This document shows positions 54,657 to 62,258 of a stretch of 64,000 nt of DNA, piece after piece. Source of the stretch: an uncultured delta proteobacterium (GTDB taxonomy: Bacteria > Myxococcota > Myxococcia > SLRQ01); the NCBI GenBank assembly GCA_963727485.1, contig CAVSGM010000002.1, positions 928,001-992,000 on the forward strand. The letters run 5' to 3'. The translations under genes and the position numbers were made by a program. Positions within the stretch are counted from its first letter, which is position 1, and each line of letters opens with the position of its first letter. The notes beneath the pieces were generated by a model. That model searched no databases. It saw only the letters and a program-made list of their open reading frames with translations, and was not told the DNA's origin.

Positions 54657-55496
54657 CTAGCGGGCGATGCGGACCTCGACGGCGCCGTCGGGGACGTGGA
54701 GGGGGAAGAGGATGGACTCGACCCCGTCCCGGGCCAGCGGGTACCCCTCCCAGGGCGGCCCGATCTCCACCTCCCGGCCGACCTGGGCCAGGCGCGCGGC
54801 GGCGTTGCCGCAGACCACGTTGCACAGCTCCTTGACCGCGTCGAGGCAGGTGTCGTCGTCGACCGCGGCGCCGTCGCCGGTGAGCTGGGCGCCGATGCGC
54901 CGGGCGAGGTCCTGGGAGACCGAGAGGGTGTAGTGGGCCTCGACGTCGCCGCTCAAGGTGATGCTGGCGGTGACCAGGCGGTCCACCGGCGCCCGGGCGC
55001 CTCGCTCTCCGGCGCCCACCTTGCACGTCAGGCCCACCAGGCGCGCCAGGAGCTTGGCGGTGAGGTCCACCGGGACCGCGAGGATCCCGGCGCCCTCGAC
55101 CCCCTCGGGGAAGGCCACCTCGCCCACCTCGTAGCTCGACTGGTCGGCGCGGAAGGCCTCGAGCTCCCGGGTGAGGATGGGGGCGTCGACCTTCCCCAGG
55201 GCCTCGAGGGCCTCGCCGAGGCGGAGGTAGTCGTTCTGCTGGAGGACGAGGAGCTCCCGGAGCTGGTCGGCGGAGAGCAGGCCCAGGTCCACGGCGATCT
55301 CCCCGAAGCGCTTGTCCTCGGTGAGCTGGACCCGGTTGACCGCCACGGCCTGGGCGCTGGTGAGGTAGCCCTGGCGCACCGCGTACTCCCCGAGGCGCAG
55401 GTTCTGGGCGTCCTGGGCCTGGATCGCCTCGAGGAGCGCCTGGCGCCCGATGACCCCCCGCTCCAGGAGGAACTGACCGAAGAACTTCACCGACAC
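54657..55496 (-). CDS. MshEN-repeat / CheX-like fusion protein
   Basis: Four RLG/RFG/FFG motifs at a 29-aa period, followed by CheX-like DAVKELCNVVCGN...IGPP. Confidence 0.78.
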   Translation of the reverse strand: MSVKFFGQFLLERGVIGRQALLEAIQAQDAQNLRLGEYAVRQGYLTSAQAVAVNRVQLTEDKRFGEIAVDLGLLSADQLRELLVLQQNDYLRLGEALEALGKVDAPILTRELEAFRADQSSYEVGEVAFPEGVEGAGILAVPVDLTAKLLARLVGLTCKVGAGERGARAPVDRLVTASITLSGDVEAHYTLSVSQDLARRIGAQLTGDGAAVDDDTCLDAVKELCNVVCGNAAARLAQVGREVEIGPPWEGYPLARDGVESILFPLHVPDGAVEVRIAR

Positions 55497-55500
55497 GGGC

Positions 55501-55878
55501 TCAAGCCTCCCCCGTGAGGCAGCGGTCGAGGGTGGCGACCACCTCGCCGGCCTCGAAGGGCTTGGAGATCACGGCCAGGGCCCCGAGGCGCAGGGCCTCG
55601 GCGACCTTCTCCCCCACCCCGCCCACCGACGAGATCATGACCACCCGGGCCCGGGCGTCCATGCCCAGGATCGCCCGGAGGGCCTGGAGCCCGTCCATCA
55701 CCGGCATCACGATGTCCATGAGCACCACGTCCGGGCGGTCCGCGGCGTAGCTGGTGACCGCCTCGGCGCCGTTGCGCGCCTGGCGGACCATGGTGAACCG
55801 GCCGGTGTCCGCCAGGAGGCGGTCGAGCTGCCGACCCACCGCCAGGGAGTCGTCGACGACCAGGACCCGAGGGGACAT
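55501..55878 (-). CDS. CheY-like response regulator
   Basis: VLVVDDS, LMDIVMP, ISS and ISKPF motifs. Confidence 0.9.
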   Translation of the reverse strand: MSPRVLVVDDSLAVGRQLDRLLADTGRFTMVRQARNGAEAVTSYAADRPDVVLMDIVMPVMDGLQALRAILGMDARARVVMISSVGGVGEKVAEALRLGALAVISKPFEAGEVVATLDRCLTGEA

Positions 55879-55984
55879 GCCCGGAGTATAGCGGTCGCCC
55901 GGCCGGCGCGGCCAGCGGCGTCTGGGGGCCGCCCCCGCCCGGGCGGGCTTGTCTTCCCACGGGCCACGTTGCATATCCTCGGGC

Positions 55985-56575
55985 ATGGCTCGGATGGTGG
56001 AGTTCTTCTACGACGTCGGCAGCCCCTACTCCTACCTCGCCGCCAGCCGCGTCGAGGCGCTGGCCGAGCGGCACCAGGCGGTCCTGGCCTGGCGCCCCTT
56101 TCTCCTCGGCGGGGTGTTCAAGTCCTTGAGCCTCACCGCCCCGGCGGCCCAGGCCCCGGCCAAGGCCCGCTACATGCTCACCGACCTCACCCGGTGGGCC
56201 GAGCGCCTGGAGGTGCCCTTCCGGCTCAACCCCCAGTTCCCGGTGAACACCCTCACCGCCATGCGGATGATCGTCGCCGGCGAGGAGCGGGGGAACCAGA
56301 TGCCCCTGATGCGGCGGTTCTTCCGGGCGATGTGGGCCGAGGGCCTCGACCTCGCCGACCCCGAGGTCCTGGTGCGCCTCGCCGACGAGGCCGGGGTCCC
56401 GGGCCGGCCCCTCCTCGAGCGCGCCGGGGCCGGCCACGTGAAGGACCGGCTCCGGGCGATCACCGAGGAGGCCGTCTCCCGGGGCGCCTTCGGGGCCCCG
56501 ACGATCTTCGTCGGCGACGAGATGTTCTTCGGCAACGACCGCCTCGACTTCCTGGAGGCGGCCCTTGCGGCCTAG
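55985..56575 (+). CDS. 2-hydroxychromene-2-carboxylate isomerase / kappa-GST (DsbA-like) family protein
   Basis: FFYDVGSPYSYL, PFLLGG, GAFGAPT and FFGNDRL motifs. Confidence 0.92.
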   Translation: MARMVEFFYDVGSPYSYLAASRVEALAERHQAVLAWRPFLLGGVFKSLSLTAPAAQAPAKARYMLTDLTRWAERLEVPFRLNPQFPVNTLTAMRMIVAGEERGNQMPLMRRFFRAMWAEGLDLADPEVLVRLADEAGVPGRPLLERAGAGHVKDRLRAITEEAVSRGAFGAPTIFVGDEMFFGNDRLDFLEAALAA

Positions 56576-57422
56576 GCGTTCAGCCGCCCGCGCCCTGGCC
56601 GCCGGGGTGGTCGCCGGGGTGGTCGCCGCCGCGACCGTCGCCCTGGTGCCCCGCCCGGCCGCGGCCCAGGAGGTGGCGCCCAGGCCCCTTCGCCTCCGCG
56701 ACATCGACCCCCGGAGCACCCTCTCGGTCCTCACCCAGTTCGGGCAGATGGGCAGCACCTCGGGCCTCGCCTTCCCCATCGGCATCAGCTACCAGCTCTC
56801 GCCCGAGGTCGCCTTCGACATCGAGTTCCCCTTCGGGTACGTGAACCTCCCGGGCCAGACCCCGACGCCCCTGGTGGGCAACCTCGGCGTCGGGGCCCAC
56901 GCCTCCAAGGTCCAGCGGGTCGGCGAGTCGGGCCTCCTGCGCTACGGCGCCGCCCTCGAGGGCCGGGCCCCCACCGCGCCCCGGACCGGGCCCGGCGCCG
57001 CGAGCCTCTCCCTGCTCCGGGCGGTCTCGGTGTACCGCTCCGACCGCTGGACGCCCGGCTCGGGGGCGGTGCGCCTGTCCCTCGACGCCGCCTACGCCCA
57101 GGGCCGGGTGAGCGCCCAGGTGGAGGCCGGCGGCGGGGTGGTCCTGCCCCTGGACAACCGGCCGGCGACCCTCACCCTCCACTACGGGCTGATGCTCGCC
57201 GCCCGGGCCTGGCAGGGCCTGTGGGCCATGGTCGAGGTCGCCGGGGCGGTGGTGGCGCCGGGGGTCCCAGGCAATCCCGGAGGGCACGTGCTCACCGTGG
57301 CCCCGGGGCTGCGCTTCGACCTCGGCGGGGTGGCGCCGGCGGTCTACGTGGCGTTCCCGGTGATGGGCTCGGTGGGCGCCAACCGGCCCATCGTCATCGG
57401 CCTCGAGGTCGCCAGCTACTAG
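56565..57422 (+). CDS. Secreted hypothetical protein, possible outer-membrane beta-barrel
   Basis: Signal peptide ending AAA-Q; alternating amphipathic strands; terminal aromatic residue. Confidence 0.6.
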   Translation: MRPRRSAARALAAGVVAGVVAAATVALVPRPAAAQEVAPRPLRLRDIDPRSTLSVLTQFGQMGSTSGLAFPIGISYQLSPEVAFDIEFPFGYVNLPGQTPTPLVGNLGVGAHASKVQRVGESGLLRYGAALEGRAPTAPRTGPGAASLSLLRAVSVYRSDRWTPGSGAVRLSLDAAYAQGRVSAQVEAGGGVVLPLDNRPATLTLHYGLMLAARAWQGLWAMVEVAGAVVAPGVPGNPGGHVLTVAPGLRFDLGGVAPAVYVAFPVMGSVGANRPIVIGLEVASY

Positions 57423-57510
57423 GCGCGCGTCGGGGGTACGCCGCCCGGCTGGTGCACCACCGCCAATCCGCTCCGCGCCGAGGGCTCCCTCGGCACCCCT
57501 CGGAACGCGT

Positions 57511-57578
57511 CACGTTGGGATACGCTGGGAGACGTTGGGGCGGATTGCCCCAGTGGGATACGTTGTGATGCGCTCGAC
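57511..57578. repeat. Array of imperfect 10-bp direct repeats (consensus NACGYTGGGA)
   Basis: CACGTTGGGA TACGCTGGGA GACGTTGGGG, an 8-bp gap, then CCCAGTGGGA TACGTTGTGA TGCGCTCGAC. Confidence 0.75.
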
Positions 57579-57651
57579 GGGTCGCGCCCCCTCCGCCGCC
57601 CGGGCACGCCCCGCGCCTCGCGCGGCGCGGCGCCATCGGCCACACGCGCCC

Positions 57652-57671
57652 AGGCGTGGGATCCCACGCCT
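57652..57671. repeat. Perfect 20-bp palindrome
   Basis: AGGCGTGGGA-TCCCACGCCT, centred on GATC and touching the stop codon of the convergent gene. Confidence 0.85.
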
Positions 57672-58710
57672 AGACGCCGGGCGCCCGGCCCGGGACCGGG
57701 TGGTCCGGCCCCGGCCCGGGCCGGCGATAGCGCAGGTGGACCTGCGGGGCCCCGCCCACCGCCTCGGCCTTCCGGGCCCCGTCGGGGGCGAAGCCGGCGG
57801 CGGCGTAGAACCGCCTCGCCCGGGCGTTGGCCTCGAGGACCCACACCACCGCCCCGGCCTCGCCGCCGGGCCACCGCGCCCGGTCGAAGAGGGCCCGCCC
57901 CACCCCGGTGCCCCAGCTCGCCTGCCGGAGGTAGACGGCGTAGACCTCGTGGGTCCCGGGGGGCAGGTCCCGGTCCCGGGCGGGGCCGGCGAGGGCGAAG
58001 CCGGTGAGCCCGCCGGCCGCCTCGACCACCAGGGTCTCCCGGCCGGCCTCGGGGCCCTGGCGCAGGGCCTGGCGGTGCATCGCCTCCCGGTCCAGGGGAT
58101 CGAGGCCGTCGAGGAAGGCGTCCGGGAGCAGCCCCCGGTAGGCCTCCCGCCAGGTGGCGACGTGGAGGCGGCCGAGGGCCGGGGCGTCGTCGAGGCGCCC
58201 GGGCCGCAGGGTGGCGCCGGCCCCGGGCACCAACGAGGGCAGGGCCCGCAGCGCCGCCCGGTGGGCCGCCGGGAGGCCGAGGTCCCGGCTCCCCCCATGG
58301 AGGAGGCCCAGGTAGTGGGTGCCAGGCCACACCGGCGGCGCCTGGCGGGAGGCGTCGGTGACCTCGTAGACCCAGGCGTCGAGGGTCTCCCCGCCGGCGA
58401 GGCGCACCGGGAGCCGGCGCCGGTCGTAGACCCTCGGCCGGCCCTCCTTCTCGTCGAGGGCGGCGAAGGTGGCGGCGTCGACGAGGAGCACCGCCCCGTG
58501 CACCGCCTCCCCGGCGGCCGGGCGGACGTCGGCGGCCCCGCCGCCCCGGGTCGGTGAGGGGAGGTCCCAGGCGAGGCGGAAGCCCTCGAGGACCGCCGGG
58601 TGGACCGCGACGATCCCCGGGGCCCCGTGTCCGTGGGCGGCCATCCACCGGGCGAGGTCGGCGCGATGGAGGTTGGAGCCGTAGGCGAAGACCGGGACCG
58701 GGGCTGCCAT
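57670..58710 (-). CDS. Gamma-glutamylcyclotransferase-like domain fused to a GNAT acetyltransferase
   Basis: VFAYGSNL...VHG...LDEKEG...Y (GGCT), then TWREAYRG, WGTGVGRAL and WVLEANARARRFYAAAGF (GNAT). Confidence 0.85.
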   Translation of the reverse strand: MAAPVPVFAYGSNLHRADLARWMAAHGHGAPGIVAVHPAVLEGFRLAWDLPSPTRGGGAADVRPAAGEAVHGAVLLVDAATFAALDEKEGRPRVYDRRRLPVRLAGGETLDAWVYEVTDASRQAPPVWPGTHYLGLLHGGSRDLGLPAAHRAALRALPSLVPGAGATLRPGRLDDAPALGRLHVATWREAYRGLLPDAFLDGLDPLDREAMHRQALRQGPEAGRETLVVEAAGGLTGFALAGPARDRDLPPGTHEVYAVYLRQASWGTGVGRALFDRARWPGGEAGAVVWVLEANARARRFYAAAGFAPDGARKAEAVGGAPQVHLRYRRPGPGPDHPVPGRAPGV

Positions 58711-58769
58711 GGGCCCCACAGGGTAGTCCCTTCGCCGGCGATGCCTAGCCTGCGTCCGGGGGGAACGTC

Positions 58770-59930
58770 ATGGCACGCAGTCGGATCCTGACCACCCACA
58801 CCGGCAGCCTGCCCCGGCCGCCGGCGATCCTGGAACGGCTCCTCGCCCGGGAGCGGGGCGAGGCGGTGGACGGCGCCGAGCTCGAGGGCCGCCTCCGGGA
58901 GGCGGTGGTCGAGGTGGTGCGGCGGCAGGCCGAGGTGGGCCTCGACCTCGTCGGCGACGGGGAGCTGTCCAAGCCCAGCTACGCCACCTACGTCCGCGAC
59001 CGCCTCACCGGCTTCGCCGAGGGCGAGGACGCGCCGTTTCCAATGCCCGCGGACCTCGCCGGGTTCCCCGAGCATGCCCGCACCCTCCTGGGCACCGGCG
59101 CCCTCGAGCGCATCCGCCGCCCGGCGTGCACCGGGCCGGTGCGCTACGGGGACACCGGGCCGGTGAACCGGGACCTCGAGCGCTTCCTCGCCGCCCTCGA
59201 GGGCGTGCCCCACGCGGGCGCCTTCATGACCGCCGCCTCGCCGGGGGTCATCGCCCTCTTCCTGCCCAACCGGCACTACCCCACCGAGGACGCCTACCTC
59301 GAGGCCCTGGGGTCGGCGATGCGCACCGAGTACCAGGCGATAGCCGACGCCGGGCTGACCCTCCAGCTCGACGCCCCGGACCTCGCCATGGGCTTCCACC
59401 TCGCCGGCGCCGGCGACGACCTCGAGGCCTTCCGGGCCAAGGTGCGGCGGCGGATCGAGGTGCTCAACCGCGCCACCGAGGCCATCCCCCCGGAGCGGAT
59501 GCGCCTCCACGTGTGCTGGGGCAACTACGCGGGCCCCCACCACCTCGACGTGGCCCTCGGAGACCTCCTCGACCTGCTGCTCCGGGCGCGACCGGCGGGG
59601 CTCTCCTTCGTCGCCGCCAACCCCCGGCACGCCCACGAGTGGCAGGTGTTCCGGGAGGTGACGCTGCCGGCGGACAAGGTCCTCATCCCCGGGGTGATCG
59701 ATCCCACCACCCCGTTCATCGAGCACCCGGAGGCGGTGGCCGAGCGCCTGGTGCGCTTCGCCGACCTGGTGGGCCCGGAGCGGGTGGTGGCGGGCACCGA
59801 CTGCGGCTTCGGCACCTTCGCGGGGATGGGCCTGGACCCGGCGCTCGCCTGGGCGAAGCTCGGATCCCTGGTCGAGGGGGCGCGCCTCGCCGGAGCCCGC
59901 CTGCCGGTGCGGCCCGACGGCGCGGCCTGA
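58770..59930 (+). CDS. Cobalamin-independent methionine synthase II family protein (MetE C-terminal-like)
   Basis: TTHTGSLPRP, DGE, LQLDAP, HVCWGN and TDCGF motifs. Confidence 0.9.
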   Translation: MARSRILTTHTGSLPRPPAILERLLARERGEAVDGAELEGRLREAVVEVVRRQAEVGLDLVGDGELSKPSYATYVRDRLTGFAEGEDAPFPMPADLAGFPEHARTLLGTGALERIRRPACTGPVRYGDTGPVNRDLERFLAALEGVPHAGAFMTAASPGVIALFLPNRHYPTEDAYLEALGSAMRTEYQAIADAGLTLQLDAPDLAMGFHLAGAGDDLEAFRAKVRRRIEVLNRATEAIPPERMRLHVCWGNYAGPHHLDVALGDLLDLLLRARPAGLSFVAANPRHAHEWQVFREVTLPADKVLIPGVIDPTTPFIEHPEAVAERLVRFADLVGPERVVAGTDCGFGTFAGMGLDPALAWAKLGSLVEGARLAGARLPVRPDGAA

Positions 59931-60043
59931 CCCCGCCCCGTGACCTCCGTCACGCGGGGTAGCCCCGAGCGACGGTGCCATTCATCCGTGCTACTCCTGG
60001 GCGAACGGGGGATCCTTTGAACCGAGCCCAGGGAGGGGTCGTG

Positions 60044-61045
60044 ATGAAGAACTACGTTGCTACTGGTCTGTTCTGTCTCGTCGCCGTCGCCGGCTGCGGG
60101 GGTGGGGGCGCGTCCAACGTCTCCGACTTCTGCAGCAGCTACAACGACGCCATCAACAGCCTGGTGGTCAAGTGCCTGGGCGCGCCCCAGGACGCGGTGA
60201 CCACCCAGTTCTCGGCCCAGGACGCCCAGACCTGCAAGAACATGGCCCAGGCGGTGGCCGCCAAGCGCGCCACCTACGACAGCGCCAAGGGCCAGTCCTG
60301 CCTCGACGAGCTCAACGGCATCGCCTGCGCCGACCTCGCCACCTTCGGCGGCCCCAACGATCCCTGCATGACCGCGGTCTCCGGCACCGTGGCCAGCGGC
60401 GGCAGCTGCTACGGCGACAACGACTGCACCTCGGGGAACTTCTGCGACGGGGTGAGCGGCGCCAACTGCCCGGCGAGCTGCAACGCCTACGCCCAGCAGG
60501 GCGACGACTGCACCCAGGGCCAGACCTGCGCCCCCAACCTCTCCTGCGACGGGAGCAAGTGCGCGGCCCCGGCCGCCAAGGGCCAGCCCTGCGGCGGGAA
60601 CAACATGTTCTGCGGCGGCGGCCTCTACTGTGACGGCGTCAACGGCGCCGCGGGCATCTGCCAGCCCGACAAGGCCAAGGGCGAGACCTGCACCGGCGGC
60701 GGTCAGTGCCAGCTCGGCCTCACCTGCATCAGCGGGAGCTGCGCCGCCATCAAGGGCGTGGGCGAGACCTGCAGCGCCGACTCGGACTGCGGCCTCTACA
60801 CCTACTGCAAGTCCGGCAACTGCACCGAGTACCCCGGCACCGGCGCGAGCTGCGGCATCAACGCCAACCAGAGCTTCGTGGACTGCCTGGGCAGCTGGTG
60901 CAAGATCACCAACCAGACCAGCTACACCGGCACCTGCACCGACTACCTGAAGCTCGGCGACACCTGCAGCCCCAACGACTTCGGGTCCTGCGGCGACGCC
61001 GAGTGCGACAACGGGAAGTGCACCGCGGCCTGCGCCGAGAAGTAG
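60044..61045 (+). CDS. Cys-rich repeat lipoprotein
   Basis: VAGC lipobox; tandem GxxC....C..G..C..G.C units; GGAGG RBS. Confidence 0.8.
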   Translation: MKNYVATGLFCLVAVAGCGGGGASNVSDFCSSYNDAINSLVVKCLGAPQDAVTTQFSAQDAQTCKNMAQAVAAKRATYDSAKGQSCLDELNGIACADLATFGGPNDPCMTAVSGTVASGGSCYGDNDCTSGNFCDGVSGANCPASCNAYAQQGDDCTQGQTCAPNLSCDGSKCAAPAAKGQPCGGNNMFCGGGLYCDGVNGAAGICQPDKAKGETCTGGGQCQLGLTCISGSCAAIKGVGETCSADSDCGLYTYCKSGNCTEYPGTGASCGINANQSFVDCLGSWCKITNQTSYTGTCTDYLKLGDTCSPNDFGSCGDAECDNGKCTAACAEK

Positions 61046-61155
61046 GCGCGACCCGGCGCGGCACGTGACCGGCTCACGTGCCCCCTGGCGGCGGTCGGCC
61101 TCGAGCCGGCCGCCGCCTCGCGTTCCGTCCCGGGGCGGGACCGGTCCCCGCGCTC

Positions 61156-62256
61156 CTAGGGGCAGGCGGGCGGCGGGCCCTTCGCCTTGCCCTGGGCGTG
61201 GGCCTGCTCCCAGTCGATGAGCGGGTCGCAGATCCTCATCGCCTGCTTCACCGGCGCCGGCAGGGCCTTGGCCTCGGCGGCGGTGTAGCTGGTGGAGCGC
61301 ATGGGGATGGGCGAGAAGGTCAGCACCAGGACCACCAGGCTCACCCAGGCCATCACCCGGGTCCACCTCGGCAGGGGCCGCTCCGGGTGCTCCACCGGCG
61401 GGTGCCGGCCCCCGGAGAGCCGCAGGATCACGGTGATGATCACCACCCACATCAGCCACCCCCACCAGAGGGTGAGGGCGAGGCCGAGGAGGATGCCGCG
61501 GACCACGTCGTTGAGGACGTGGGCGCGGTCGCCGAAGAGCCCGAAGACCACGTGGCCCCCGTCGAGCTGGGCCACCGGGATCATGTTCAGCGCGGTGACG
61601 AAGAGCCCGATCCAGGCGGCGAAGGCCACCTGGCTGATCCACACGTCCTGACCCGGCCCCAGGTGGAACACCAGGTGCTTGGCCCCGAGGTAGAGCAGGG
61701 AGTTCCCCTCGTTGAGGGTGCCGAGGATCGGCGCCACCCCCGGGTCGCGAAGCTGCTGGAGGAGGTGGGGCAGGCCGGCGAGGCCGTGGAGGAGCCCGGT
61801 GTCGGTGAGGGTGTGGGCGGCGCCGGTGAGGGGCACCACCTGCGAGAGGGTGAGCCCGTAGAAGAGCAGGGGCAGGGCGACCACCATCCCCGCCAGGGGC
61901 CCGGCGGCGCCGATGGCGATCAGCGCCTTGCGGTCGGGGATCCGGTCGTCCATGCGGATGACCGCCCCGAAGGTCCCGAAGGCGATGGGGATGGGGATGA
62001 AGTAGGGCAGCGAGGCGTCCACCCGGTAGTGCCGGGCGACGACGTAGTGCCCCATCTCGTGGGCGAGGAGGATGCCGATGAGGGTGAGGCAGTAGGCGAG
62101 CCCGCCGACCCAGAGGGTGGAGAGCACCGTGGCCACGAAGAGCAGGGCGTTGAGGCGCCAGCCCCCGAAGAGGCGGCGCAGGGCCGAGGGCGGCGCCGCG
62201 GCGTCCGCGGGGAGCTCCACGGGGCGCGCGGTGGGACCGGGAGACGGCTCGGCCAT
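61156..62256 (-). CDS. Site-2 protease (M50) family intramembrane metalloprotease
   Basis: HEMGH, GTFGAVI, AGPLAG and NMIPVAQLDGGH motifs. Confidence 0.93.
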   Translation of the reverse strand: MAEPSPGPTARPVELPADAAAPPSALRRLFGGWRLNALLFVATVLSTLWVGGLAYCLTLIGILLAHEMGHYVVARHYRVDASLPYFIPIPIAFGTFGAVIRMDDRIPDRKALIAIGAAGPLAGMVVALPLLFYGLTLSQVVPLTGAAHTLTDTGLLHGLAGLPHLLQQLRDPGVAPILGTLNEGNSLLYLGAKHLVFHLGPGQDVWISQVAFAAWIGLFVTALNMIPVAQLDGGHVVFGLFGDRAHVLNDVVRGILLGLALTLWWGWLMWVVIITVILRLSGGRHPPVEHPERPLPRWTRVMAWVSLVVLVLTFSPIPMRSTSYTAAEAKALPAPVKQAMRICDPLIDWEQAHAQGKAKGPPPACP

Positions 62257-62258
62257 CT

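Noticed and set aside
57511..57578. Possible mini-CRISPR array
   Set aside because: The units are 10 bp and contiguous, with no unique spacers and no cas genes
61061..61081. Inverted repeat GCACGTGA-N5-TCACGTGC as a parS site or operator
   Set aside because: It does not match the 16-bp parS consensus and lies between convergent genes; most simply a terminator-type hairpin
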